Below, one piece after another: positions 1-9,292 of a DNA stretch of 59,357 bases. Source of the stretch: a virus (lineage: Duplodnaviria; Caudoviricetes); IMG/VR virus record IMGVR_UViG_3300028840_003776, positions 1 to 59,357 of that record. The stretch is one strand, 5' to 3'. The notes under the pieces are model-generated. The model did no database searches. It had not been told where the DNA came from and saw only the letters and a list, made by a program, of their open reading frames with translations. Position 1 is the first letter of the stretch, and each line of letters opens with the position of its first letter. Made by a program: the position numbers and the translations under genes.

Positions 1-144
1 CTTTATCATCTTTTTGTAAAATTGGATTGTCAAGTATTTTTTCACAAAGTGGAAATATTTCCTGCTGTATTGCATTCTCATATTGCTGACTAAGTCCGCC
101 CATTTCAACTGACCAGATTGGTTTTCCATCATCCCAATCTTTTA
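1..144. repeat. Terminal direct repeat, left copy (circular assembly overlap)
   Basis: 1-144 is identical to 59214-59357. Confidence 0.97.
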
Positions 145-174
145 GCATTTCTTTTGTTGTTTTATATTTCATAA

Positions 175-390
175 TTAATCCTCCAAAGTTTTATTTTTAA
201 GACTATTTTCAAATATTTTAAGCTCTTGTTTCTGCCGGAGCTTTTTAGTTACGTTAAAATCATGCCATAAAGCGTGGTGTTGTAGCATCCAAACTAAAGT
301 TTCTTTATCTACTTTTTTGGCATGTTTGCTGTTAATTCGGATCCAAAACTCATTAAATGATGCTGGTCTAGGTTTCATTAATGTTTTCAT
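175..390 (-). CDS. Hypothetical protein
   Basis: ORF with AAGGAGTAAAAACT-ATG ribosome-binding site. Confidence 0.6.
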   Translation of the reverse strand: MKTLMKPRPASFNEFWIRINSKHAKKVDKETLVWMLQHHALWHDFNVTKKLRQKQELKIFENSLKNKTLED

Positions 391-505
391 AGTTTTTACT
401 CCTTAATATAATATCAAGTATATAGCAAAACCAACAAATCCAAAAGATATTAATATTAGAACAATTCCTATTAGTATATCAATAATTGTTTTTGTTGTCA
501 TAACT

Positions 506-823
506 TTACTCCTTAATCTTTTTTATTAAATAAAAGAAAATAGGTTTTGTTTCCCAATCAATGTCTTTATTTTTATACATCTTCTTTAGAATCTCTTTAC
601 ACTCTTCTTTATCATATCCAGTGTCAATGTATGCAATATAATTATTAATATTATCTAAGACAATTATTCTTTTATCAATAATAATCCCTTTGCTATGTTC
701 TTTTTTCTTTAAGTTAATTTGTACTTTATCACCTACAGAAAATCTATCACTTAATCGCAATGTTGTAAATGCTTTACAATCAAGTTTATTATTCCAGTTA
801 TATGAAAAATTAAGTTCTAACAT
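506..823 (-). CDS. ASCH/PUA-like domain protein
   Basis: FTTLRL..F..GDKV pattern resembles ASCH N-terminus; strong RBS. Confidence 0.45.
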   Translation of the reverse strand: MLELNFSYNWNNKLDCKAFTTLRLSDRFSVGDKVQINLKKKEHSKGIIIDKRIIVLDNINNYIAYIDTGYDKEECKEILKKMYKNKDIDWETKPIFFYLIKKIKE

Positions 824-828
824 AGTTT

Positions 829-1137
829 TTACTCCTTTGTAAACTCTTCAAATAATTCAACTATCATATCTTCTAAAGGCTTTAGATGTTTTTTATATTC
901 TAAAACAACCCTAGGTGACCTTGTATTCCAAAAATCTGGATAAGGTGGCCTTGTATTCCAAAAAGATAATGTTATTTTTACTCGCTTTCTAAATTCATCA
1001 CTAGGCTTTTCTGGTTCTGGTTTATAGTCCTTGCATTTATTAAGGTCATATTCAATAGGCATCCATTCTCTTATTTTGCAATTAGAGAAGCCGCCTTTCC
1101 CCCAATATTGGCACTCTTTATTTATACAGTTATCCAT
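829..1137 (-). CDS. Cys-rich hypothetical protein (paralogue A)
   Basis: Shares MDNCINKxCxYW..SNC..YDLNKCKDY with 1140-1466. Confidence 0.7.
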   Translation of the reverse strand: MDNCINKECQYWGKGGFSNCKIREWMPIEYDLNKCKDYKPEPEKPSDEFRKRVKITLSFWNTRPPYPDFWNTRSPRVVLEYKKHLKPLEDMIVELFEEFTKE

Positions 1138-1139
1138 TA

Positions 1140-1466
1140 TTACTCCTTTGGTGGTATTTGTACTAGGATAAGTTCTTGTAGTTCTTCAAAAGTAAAATAA
1201 CTATCAATTCCTCCCAGCACGAAACAATATTTATTATCTCTATAAAGTACACATCTAGCCCAATAATTCCTGTCATCACGTTTCAACCATCCATTTATTA
1301 TATCTTTATGAGTATATTTAGGTTTCTTTTGTGTTGGCATATAGTCTTTACATTTATTAAGGTCATAATTTTCCCAATGATATACATCATAAGCATTTTT
1401 TACCAAACAGTTGCTTTTGCTATTGGTGTCCCAATATTTACATCCTTTATTTATACAGTTATCCAT
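1140..1466 (-). CDS. Cys-rich hypothetical protein (paralogue B)
   Basis: Same N-terminal module as 829-1137. Confidence 0.7.
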   Translation of the reverse strand: MDNCINKGCKYWDTNSKSNCLVKNAYDVYHWENYDLNKCKDYMPTQKKPKYTHKDIINGWLKRDDRNYWARCVLYRDNKYCFVLGGIDSYFTFEELQELILVQIPPKE

Positions 1467-1664
1467 TATTTACTCCTTAATTATGTTCTTTATATGAGCT
1501 TGTACAGATGAGTATTATTGATATAATGCCGAATAACATTATATAAAAATAACTCATCCAAAGTAATGTTTTAAATATTGTTTTGTTATATAAATAAAAT
1601 AACGTAAAAATTATTAATTGATATGGTATTATATATTTTAGTTTTTTATACATAGTTAAACTCT

Positions 1665-1874
1665 TTAATTATGTTTTTTTTTAGCATTCGCAGTCAATTG
1701 CTTTTCTAATCGTTTAGCATAATATGCTTTGGCATCTCTATCGGCTGCTTCCATTACATCGTCTATACAATTATCACATATACCACTAGAATCTATATTC
1801 CATAATTTATGACTACATTCTGTTTCTGTTATTGTTTCTCCGCAATAACAGCAAACGGTTTTCATTTTTGGCAT
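1665..1874 (-). CDS. Small zinc-finger-like protein
   Basis: CCYC...GICDNC; AGGAG RBS. Confidence 0.55.
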   Translation of the reverse strand: MPKMKTVCCYCGETITETECSHKLWNIDSSGICDNCIDDVMEAADRDAKAYYAKRLEKQLTANAKKKHN

Positions 1875-2024
1875 AACTAACTCCTTAAATTTTATGTTTT
1901 ATATTTTTCTTTGCCCAAGCAAAATATTTTATAAACAACTTTTGCTATAGACCATTCTTTTTTTTGTGCAATATTAAATACTAATTGCCTGTCCTCCTCA
2001 GTCAATTGTATGCAGTGCTTGCTT

Positions 2025-2303
2025 TTATTTACTTTCGGCTTCCTCCAGACTGATCCCTTTTTCCCGGTCATCTTGATCCTCCTCAATTTTATTCTTAATT
2101 TCATTTTCAATTTTTATCAAACATTCTTCAAAAGTTTTACCAGTAGCTATGTACGATTCATCTGATAGCTCTTTGCTCGCATATAGTCTGCATTCTGTAT
2201 AGACTTGTTCTTTATATTTTTTTTTATCAACTGCGACTGAAAAATAAACATAATTTGTCCCAGTTATTTTTTGCAATTTTTTCATTGCTTCTGATTGTTT
2301 CAT
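2025..2303 (-). CDS. Hypothetical protein
   Basis: ORF with AAGGAG RBS. Confidence 0.55.
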   Translation of the reverse strand: MKQSEAMKKLQKITGTNYVYFSVAVDKKKYKEQVYTECRLYASKELSDESYIATGKTFEECLIKIENEIKNKIEEDQDDREKGISLEEAESK

Positions 2304-2326
2304 AATTTACTCCTTGATTTTTTTTT

Positions 2327-2355
2327 AAAACACCTGTCCCCAGTAAGGAGACAGG
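2327..2355 (-). terminator. Probable intrinsic terminator after the DNA methyltransferase
   Basis: Minus-strand CCTGTCTCC-TTACT-GGGGACAGG stem-loop followed by TGTTTT. Confidence 0.55.
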
Positions 2356-2402
2356 CAGTATAAGATAGTTAAGAATTTTGCCTAAGAAAATAGGCTTGAT
2401 AA

Positions 2403-3056
2403 TTATATCATTAATAATTGCTCTGCTTCCCATGGTTGTCCCATATCAGAATTATTATGTAACCACTTAATTACCGGATCGCCCTGATAATTTTTTTCAA
2501 AATGAAACCAAGCAAATGAAGTTGCCCCTGTCGGCATTGGTCCGACTGGATGAAACTTAGCATTAAATAATGGACGTCTTACAAAAGCATAGCAAGTTTT
2601 TAATCGAAAATTATTACAGCCCTTTTCATACATTACATCATATCTTTCAACGCCATGCAAATAATCAAGTGGCCATATAAAACAAATATTTTTCTCTGCT
2701 GTATAACAAGCCATTTTAAAAAATTTAATTGACAATTTAAACGGCGGATTAGTAATAATATTATCATATGGCGGGAACCTGCCACTTAAAGCATCTGCTT
2801 CAGTAATATTTTCTGCTCTAGGCTTAATGTCGAATCCATCTACATTATCATAACCATATTCTTTTAATACTTTTATTATATCGCCAGCTCCAGCACAAGG
2901 CTCTAAAAATGTATCTAATTTATTGAATTTTAAATTATTTAAAAGATGTCTGGTTAAGGCGTGATATGTTGGGAAGAAATTGTCAGAATTATTTTGAATT
3001 GTATCCTGTGATTTAGCACGATAATTTTTACCTAATTGATCATACTTGGTTGACAT
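2403..3056 (-). CDS. DNA amino-methyltransferase (probably N6-adenine)
   Basis: SAM-binding LEPCAGAGDI and catalytic ITNPPF motifs. Confidence 0.85.
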   Translation of the reverse strand: MSTKYDQLGKNYRAKSQDTIQNNSDNFFPTYHALTRHLLNNLKFNKLDTFLEPCAGAGDIIKVLKEYGYDNVDGFDIKPRAENITEADALSGRFPPYDNIITNPPFKLSIKFFKMACYTAEKNICFIWPLDYLHGVERYDVMYEKGCNNFRLKTCYAFVRRPLFNAKFHPVGPMPTGATSFAWFHFEKNYQGDPVIKWLHNNSDMGQPWEAEQLLMI

Positions 3057-3126
3057 AAACTATCCTATACTTAGAACTATGAGGGAGGATTGCTCGAGAT
3101 CCTTCCCTCCATAGCCTCACATAATA

Positions 3127-3155
3127 ATTATATATTATTTTACTTAAAATGTCAA
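3127..3155 (-). promoter_or_regulatory. Sigma70-type promoter for the methyltransferase
   Basis: TTGACA-17 nt-TATAAT with A/T-rich upstream element. Confidence 0.85.
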
Positions 3156-3172
3156 TAAAAAAAATAAAATAT

Positions 3173-3661
3173 TTATTTAACATTTTTATTCCTATAATCA
3201 ATGCCAGAATACTCAATCGAATTAATCTCAATTTCTTCGACTGGTATACCTAATATTTGGGCATACAAGGCCAGAGCGGGGTTGTAGAACTTATCCCTAA
3301 ACGATAGCTCATCACAATTAGAAAAAGCTATGCTCCGACCATATACGCGGACTTTACCGGCAACTTTATAAACCTCGGTGAAACCAACTTCAAGTTTTAT
3401 CCAATCTACAAATTGTTCAATAGTTCTGAATTCGTAATCTTCGGGCAAATTATCGAAAACAAAATTTGTAATTGACCAAAATTTTTGATTAAGTTTTGCA
3501 TTTCTGCTAACTTTAGCTTTACAATCAATCACCCTATCCATAGGTAATTTCCGGATCGCGTCAAATTGATGCCTAAAAGCAGGAATCAAGCACGGCATAT
3601 CTACTACCGTGCCATCTCCCATTTTAAACTTAATATTTTTCCTCGCTAATAATATATCCAT
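3173..3661 (-). CDS. DUF1367/NinB-like recombination-associated protein
   Basis: RNAKLNQKFW and SIAFSNCDE..F motifs; recombination context. Confidence 0.6.
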   Translation of the reverse strand: MDILLARKNIKFKMGDGTVVDMPCLIPAFRHQFDAIRKLPMDRVIDCKAKVSRNAKLNQKFWSITNFVFDNLPEDYEFRTIEQFVDWIKLEVGFTEVYKVAGKVRVYGRSIAFSNCDELSFRDKFYNPALALYAQILGIPVEEIEINSIEYSGIDYRNKNVK

Positions 3662-4344
3662 TATCTTATCGCTAAACTTGCTTCCTCATAAATTTGAATT
3701 CCCGGAATCTCGACACCTGCCTTGACTACTGCATTTATTTTTTTTTCATCGATACACATATACTCTCTCGGTATCTGATTAATATCGACCAGTTTCCATT
3801 TCTTGATTTTTTTCACAGTGCTGGTTGCATTATCGCCTTTGACTGTTTGATCAACTTTAACATTAGTTGATTTTAAAATTGGAGGTGCTACAATTTTGTC
3901 TGGATTCGCTTCCTGTTTTGCTACTGCCTTTTCCATTTTCCGGCGGTTCTGTTCCTCGATTTTTTCACGTTCTTTTCGGGCAATTTCTTCCTGTTTATTA
4001 TGATAAGTTAACATTTTATTTTTGATTGTTTTCTCAATCTGACTCAATGCAGAAATTTTTTCCTTAAAAATACTATCAATTGCCTTCTTTGCATCCGCAT
4101 AAGGTGTACCGAAAAATTTACGCTTCTCTTCAATTTTTTTATTTGCAATTTTAATGTCCTTACAAAAATCGGCAGCATCAGTATATGATTGCTCATCTAT
4201 TACCGTTAAAGTATTTGCTTTCTCCTGATAAATTGAAAGGCCATTGTCTACAGTTTTTAATTCTTTCGACTTCTCGACCTCCTTAACTGTATATAAATGA
4301 CCGTCTTGTTTTTCTGTATCTTCAAATTGTATTATTGGTTTCAT
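3661..4344 (-). CDS. Coiled-coil phage recombination-module protein (Gp157-like)
   Basis: Long coiled coil plus C-terminal IPREYM.IDEKKI..VKAG.EIPGI. Confidence 0.5.
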   Translation of the reverse strand: MKPIIQFEDTEKQDGHLYTVKEVEKSKELKTVDNGLSIYQEKANTLTVIDEQSYTDAADFCKDIKIANKKIEEKRKFFGTPYADAKKAIDSIFKEKISALSQIEKTIKNKMLTYHNKQEEIARKEREKIEEQNRRKMEKAVAKQEANPDKIVAPPILKSTNVKVDQTVKGDNATSTVKKIKKWKLVDINQIPREYMCIDEKKINAVVKAGVEIPGIQIYEEASLAIR

Positions 4345-4601
4345 TATTATCTCCTAAAATTTTGTTGAATAAATAGCTCTTTTAATATCATTTCTATGAA
4401 CTAAACAAGCAGTGACACTAATTGTTAATATTTGAAAAAAAATGACATTCCTAAGAGCGTATTGTTTTCTATTTAATTTTTTATGTATCCTAGCATTTCT
4501 TTTTTTAGTGTATTTAAGATATGCCTTAATACAATCCGGATCGATTGTATTAGTATTTGCCATGACAAATGTAATTGTTAGTAATAATATAATTATTTTC
4601 T

Positions 4602-5207
4602 TCATGTGAACTCCCTATATAATGTTAGTGCATAGAAAAAATAATTTACATCTATGCTTTTGTCTGATTTAATTATAATTTGTTTTAATTTATTGTCATT
4701 TATTTGTAGTATCATACGTTTATTAATTTTAATTTTTAATTCTTTTTCTGCCAAACTTGTATAAGCTGCCAATTGCAACTCATGCTTTCTATTGATAATT
4801 GAACCTGTCTTATAGTCAATAATATAAATTTTGTCGTCTTTTAATTTTGCAATTAAATCAACTGTCCCTGCAAATTTTAGTTTCGAAAAAAAAGTTTTTT
4901 CAGCACAAATTATTTCTTTAACATTATCTTCGAACCATTTCTGACCAATTTTTATATCATCATACATCTCATTTTCTTTCATACTCTCTTCAATCAATCC
5001 GTTAAAAACTCCATCTGCAACTAACTTCATTGCCTTATGAAAAAAGGTTCCACGCTCTGCAGCTAGTTTAAACGCAGCATCCACATATTGATAACCTAAA
5101 TTCCGGCACATATTTTCAAAACCATAGTCATGAATTATGCTAAGAACTTTTGTCACTCGGTCATATTTAATTTTATTTTTAATATAATGCGTATTAGTGA
5201 TTTCCAT
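4602..5207 (-). CDS. PD-(D/E)XK exonuclease (RecE/YqaJ/Cas4-like)
   Basis: AAERGTFFH, FAGTVDL, IIDYKTG and ELQLAAY motifs. Confidence 0.85.
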   Translation of the reverse strand: MEITNTHYIKNKIKYDRVTKVLSIIHDYGFENMCRNLGYQYVDAAFKLAAERGTFFHKAMKLVADGVFNGLIEESMKENEMYDDIKIGQKWFEDNVKEIICAEKTFFSKLKFAGTVDLIAKLKDDKIYIIDYKTGSIINRKHELQLAAYTSLAEKELKIKINKRMILQINDNKLKQIIIKSDKSIDVNYFFYALTLYREFT

Positions 5208-5946
5208 TTTTAATTCCTAATTTTTGTTGTAATTTTTTAATGCCCCAAATTATTTGCTTATCTTCTAGGCCATCAATTTGACCACAAAATGTAGCAAGCT
5301 CCTGACTTGGTGTTTCAATTTCAGCACTCCGTTTATATAATTTCCTAAAATATTCAATCAATTTATCTCTACTCGGCGGAGGTTCAATTGTTTTTTCTTT
5401 CGTCTTTTTATAGTCCGGATCGCCCTGATCGTCTAAATCTTGTGTAAAAGAATCACTTAGTCCTAATCGAAGTACAGCGTCCGTCTGCGCTCGTTTCTGG
5501 CATATTTTGACACATTTATTAATATCTCCGGATACCTCTTGTATCGTGCAAGCTCCTCGTCCCTCAGACACGGTTTCTCCGGTTGTTTTCATTCTCAATT
5601 CACATTTAAGGATAATAACACCCTGATTTTTAATCTGCTCCGGAAGTTGATTAATTGTTAATGGATCTTCTGTAAAAACTGGCCTCAAGTTTAATAATGA
5701 AGCAAATTTCTCAGAACCTGATTTAAATAATGTTGGTTTTGACACAAATTTTTTACCTGATTTTTTTGATACAATTTCAATTTTGCCGTAGTCAACATTT
5801 TCTTTAAGCTCTGACTTTATAAATTTTTGTATCATATCCCTTTTTGATTTTTCGACTTTTAAAGCATTATCGAATTGCTTTTTACTATCCAATGCAAGTG
5901 AATCTTTTTTGACCTTGACCACTGCAGTTGTTTTTTTTCTTGACAT
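5194..5946 (-). CDS. Putative single-strand annealing protein
   Basis: KPTLFKSGSEK, GRGAC, KRAQTDAVL, SFTQD motifs; adjacent to exonuclease and SSB. Confidence 0.6.
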   Translation of the reverse strand: MSRKKTTAVVKVKKDSLALDSKKQFDNALKVEKSKRDMIQKFIKSELKENVDYGKIEIVSKKSGKKFVSKPTLFKSGSEKFASLLNLRPVFTEDPLTINQLPEQIKNQGVIILKCELRMKTTGETVSEGRGACTIQEVSGDINKCVKICQKRAQTDAVLRLGLSDSFTQDLDDQGDPDYKKTKEKTIEPPPSRDKLIEYFRKLYKRSAEIETPSQELATFCGQIDGLEDKQIIWGIKKLQQKLGIKNGNH

Positions 5947-5972
5947 AACTAACTCCTTAATATTATATAATT

Positions 5973-6001
5973 ATTATATAATGTATTTATTTTATTTACA
6001 A
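5973..6001 (-). promoter_or_regulatory. Sigma70-type promoter
   Basis: TTGTAA-17 nt-TATAAT followed by AAGGAG RBS. Confidence 0.75.
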
Positions 6002-6007
6002 ATTTTA

Positions 6008-6430
6008 TCATAATAAATTTTCTTTCTTAAAACTATAATGATTTTCATTACAGTAAATAATATGATCGAGAAAATTTATGCCTAATAATGAAGCACCTTT
6101 CAATACTTTTTTTGTAAAAACTATATCATCTTCACTCGGTTTAACATCTCCACTAGGATGGTTGTGTGCAATAATAAAAGAATCACCTCCAGTAATTAAT
6201 ACCTTCCTGAAAATTTGTGCGGGTTTCATCATTAAAGTATTGTATCCGCCTTTTGCAATTAAATGCTTTTCAATAATTTGATTTTTCGTGTCAAATATTA
6301 AAATATACATTTCCTCCGATATTGGATCAAAAGTATTTTTTAATGCATTGATCACATCCTTAGGGCATGATATATACTCACCTAATTTTTCTTTTAATTT
6401 AATAACTCGATATTCAATTTTCCAGTTCAT
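6008..6430 (-). CDS. radC: RadC-like JAB/MPN domain protein
   Basis: E...HNHPSGDVKPSEDD...LDHII JAB motif. Confidence 0.9.
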   Translation of the reverse strand: MNWKIEYRVIKLKEKLGEYISCPKDVINALKNTFDPISEEMYILIFDTKNQIIEKHLIAKGGYNTLMMKPAQIFRKVLITGGDSFIIAHNHPSGDVKPSEDDIVFTKKVLKGASLLGINFLDHIIYCNENHYSFKKENLL

Positions 6431-6765
6431 AATTTATTACCTCCATTCAAAAAATTAACTTCTTTTGCATTGATATAAGTATTTGATTTAGTTTCTCCCT
6501 CTGCAGTCTTCCAAATATCTTTACACAAATTTCCTGACACTAAAACCCGGGAGCCTTTTTTAAGATATTTGCTACAGGTTTCTCCCAATTTTCCCCACAT
6601 AGCAACATCGAAAAAATTTGCTTCATCTACTTTAGTGCCATCTTTTTTAGTATATTGTCGATTGCTGGCAATAACTAATTTGCATAATGTCTTATCTCCA
6701 ATTGTTTTTACTTCCGGATCCCTAACAAGGTTTCCTTCAAGTACTGTAAAATTAAAATTATTCAT
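6427..6765 (-). CDS. ssb: Single-stranded DNA-binding protein
   Basis: LEGNLVRDPE, FFDVAMWGKLGE, YLKKGSRVLVSG OB-fold motifs; no acidic tail. Confidence 0.92.
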   Translation of the reverse strand: MNNFNFTVLEGNLVRDPEVKTIGDKTLCKLVIASNRQYTKKDGTKVDEANFFDVAMWGKLGETCSKYLKKGSRVLVSGNLCKDIWKTAEGETKSNTYINAKEVNFLNGGNKL

Positions 6766-7627
6766 TGTTATCTCCTAAATATTTTTTTGTCTTGTTAGCA
6801 AGTCTAACAAACTTTTCATTATTTTTTTTTATCTCATCTCCATTTAAAATATTATAAATTTCACTTCGTGCTGGTTGAATTAAAAACGATAAAAAAACCT
6901 TCTCGCCATTTATTACTGCTGAAAAAGTTTTCTCACCATTACTACGCTTATGAATTTTAATTCCTGTAATTTTTCCACCTTTATATTGTTTTTTTAATGC
7001 ATCATAAATTTTAGCAATCATAATTAACCTCCTACATTAGATCGAAAATATAATCTGGTTCAAGCCCAAACATTTCCGCACAAATTTCTTCTGCAGCTCC
7101 AATATCGCCATCTTCCAAATAATCTCTTAGTATTATTTTTGCCTCTTCAATTTGTGCCTCTGCCTGCTCTGCTGTCATTTCATCACGCTCCATAAGAACT
7201 TTTTTAATTGATAACATAATTTTCCCCTTGTAAATAATATGTAAAATTTTTAGTTTCAAATTTTTTATTTTTTAAAAATTTTTGTCTAACATTTTTATAT
7301 CCCATATATTCTAATCCTTTTATGACATTATCCAAAAATTGTTTTTTAGTTATTCGAATATTTTTGGTTTTGCTTTTTACTGATACCATATATAATTTTT
7401 TATTCATAATTTACCTCTAATAATTTTATTTTAATTTGCCAATTACTAGGCCTTTAACTTTCTTCATAATAAGATTTTCAGTAAATAAAAATCCTTTTTG
7501 ATAACAATTTTCACAGCAGACCCTAAACCGTTGGTGTCTAAGCGTTTTCTCATCTGCATCTTTTTTCACATGTTCACAGATAATATAATCTGTTCGCCAG
7601 TCTTTATGTTTCATAGCAACCCCCTAT

Positions 7628-7978
7628 TTAATTATTATCTTGTAGTTTGATATTAAGAATATCAGCAATATCCTTTATGCTATACTCTGTTCCATCACTT
7701 CCAAAAATTACAGATTCATCGGGGTTGGTTGAGAATGGATTTTCTTTAACTTGTGCTAGAACATCTTCCCATTCCATAATATCATCATTGATGTCTGTAT
7801 AAGTTATAGCCTCAAGTCCATTATTGATTAGTATTGATATCTCTTTTTCTGTTAAATTCTTGTCAGAATAACGAAGATAATCTCTTGCTTCATCGATAAC
7901 TTGTTTTTTAACATCGCCTTTTGAAATAATTGTAATTTCACCACTACAACCGGTTAAGATAATCTGATATTTGTTCAT
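7628..7978 (-). CDS. Hypothetical early protein
   Basis: ORF with GGAG RBS in the early operon. Confidence 0.55.
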   Translation of the reverse strand: MNKYQIILTGCSGEITIISKGDVKKQVIDEARDYLRYSDKNLTEKEISILINNGLEAITYTDINDDIMEWEDVLAQVKENPFSTNPDESVIFGSDGTEYSIKDIADILNIKLQDNN

Positions 7979-7987
7979 AGTAAACTC

Positions 7988-8224
7988 CTATTGTAAATTT
8001 TCAAGTGTTTTTCTTTTTTCAAATAACATATCTAACATTTCTTTTTGTTTCTGAATTCTATCCCAAACTACTCGCATATCTTCTAAATAATGAAATGATT
8101 TTCTTTGTGCTTTTATTGCATATTCTGACATAAGACCTAAGTCAGAATTTAAATCAAATTTTCGACTTTTAATTTCTTCACTTATCTGATCCAAATTAAA
8201 TTGTATTCTTTCTTGTATATTCAT
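7988..8224 (-). CDS. Hypothetical protein, first gene of the early operon
   Basis: AAGGAG RBS directly downstream of a consensus promoter. Confidence 0.65.
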   Translation of the reverse strand: MNIQERIQFNLDQISEEIKSRKFDLNSDLGLMSEYAIKAQRKSFHYLEDMRVVWDRIQKQKEMLDMLFEKRKTLENLQ

Positions 8225-8251
8225 AATTAACTCCTTAATGTTTATATAATA

Positions 8252-8280
8252 ATTATATAATATAATTCTTATTTTGTCAA
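8252..8280 (-). promoter_or_regulatory. Strong sigma70-type early promoter
   Basis: TTGACA-17 nt-TATAAT with A/T-rich upstream element. Confidence 0.88.
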
Positions 8281-8465
8281 TAAAAAAAATAAAATAAATA
8301 AAAATATTAAAATAAGGCCGTTTTTTGGCTTTATTTGCACTGTTTTTTTTTAAATTTCTATTGTTTCCTCTATTAAATAAATCAATTTTTAAGAAACATG
8401 AATTTTTATTTTATGATATAATTACTGAACTTCTAATATGAATGTAAGGAATTTATTCCTTGGTG

Positions 8466-8510
8466 AGCCGTCTTGTTTCCTAACCCGGTTAGCAAGACGG
8501 CTATTTTTTT
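8466..8510. terminator. Hairpin/terminator at the end of the late operon
   Basis: AGCCGTCTTG...CAAGACGGCT 10-bp stem; the T-tract is on the + strand side. Confidence 0.6.
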
Positions 8511-8940
8511 ACTTACTGAAAATCAGAATTGCTACCGCAGTTAACACCGCACCAGTAGCAACACCGCCGAAAAAAGCAGTTCCGTTTTTTTGTTTACTAA
8601 TTTTTAAATTATTATTTGCAGTTCTTACCTTTTCTTTTTCTTCATCTAATATCGCTTGAGTTTCGAGCATGTCATCATTATATAGTGAGTTGTATGGGTG
8701 AGGCATAAACATATAATCAAAGATTGCTAATCTTGCTCGGACAATATCTTTTTTTTTAAAACACAAATGTCCTTTATAATTCACATATGGATCCGGGAGA
8801 AACTCCCAAGCGATTAACCAAGTATCAAGAAAATGATCCGTTTTGGATATTTCATTTGTTGAACTTTCTGCCTGCAAGCTTTTTAAACCTACGCAACTTA
8901 GCAATAGGACCATCAGACAATTTCTTATTAATAATTTCAT
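8509..8940 (-). CDS. Putative spanin (lipoprotein signal plus C-terminal TM helix)
   Basis: N-terminal LLLSC lipobox, C-terminal hydrophobic helix, last gene of the lysis cassette. Confidence 0.5.
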   Translation of the reverse strand: MKLLIRNCLMVLLLSCVGLKSLQAESSTNEISKTDHFLDTWLIAWEFLPDPYVNYKGHLCFKKKDIVRARLAIFDYMFMPHPYNSLYNDDMLETQAILDEEKEKVRTANNNLKISKQKNGTAFFGGVATGAVLTAVAILIFSK

Positions 8941-9082
8941 TCATTCTCCCCATTTGTGGAATAGTATTTTTAGATTTTTTTTTATTATTTTTTTCAACTT
9001 TTTTTTGTGCAATTTTCATCCCAATCCAAATTGAAATAGCTATTGCTGATATAATAAACCAAATCATTAAAAATATTTTCAT
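8852..9082 (-). CDS. Membrane-anchored lysis protein (i-spanin-like)
   Basis: N-terminal TM helix, basic tail, overlaps the downstream lipoprotein gene. Confidence 0.4.
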   Translation of the reverse strand: MKIFLMIWFIISAIAISIWIGMKIAQKKVEKNNKKKSKNTIPQMGRMNEIINKKLSDGPIAKLRRFKKLAGRKFNK

Positions 9083-9276
9083 TTGATTTCTAATTTAGTT
9101 TTTCTTTTCTGAGCCACATTGCCGACAATATACGTTGCCCATAATCCAGTAAGCGTCATTGCCAATGGTGATAGTTGACTCAACTCACTATCTTTAGCGC
9201 AAGCGATTATATAAATTGCATCAAATACTGTAATTAAAATTGCTCCGGCAAATTTACGTCCGCCTATTTTGTTCAT
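9079..9276 (-). CDS. Holin-like protein (2 TM)
   Basis: GGRKF N-terminus, two TM helices, YIVGNVAQK. Confidence 0.55.
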   Translation of the reverse strand: MNKIGGRKFAGAILITVFDAIYIIACAKDSELSQLSPLAMTLTGLWATYIVGNVAQKRKTKLEIK

Positions 9277-9292
9277 CTTATACTCCTTGATA

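Noticed and set aside
4602-5207. Cas4 as part of a CRISPR system
   Set aside because: Lacks the four-Cys Fe-S motif and sits with SSAP and SSB; an ordinary phage recombination exonuclease.
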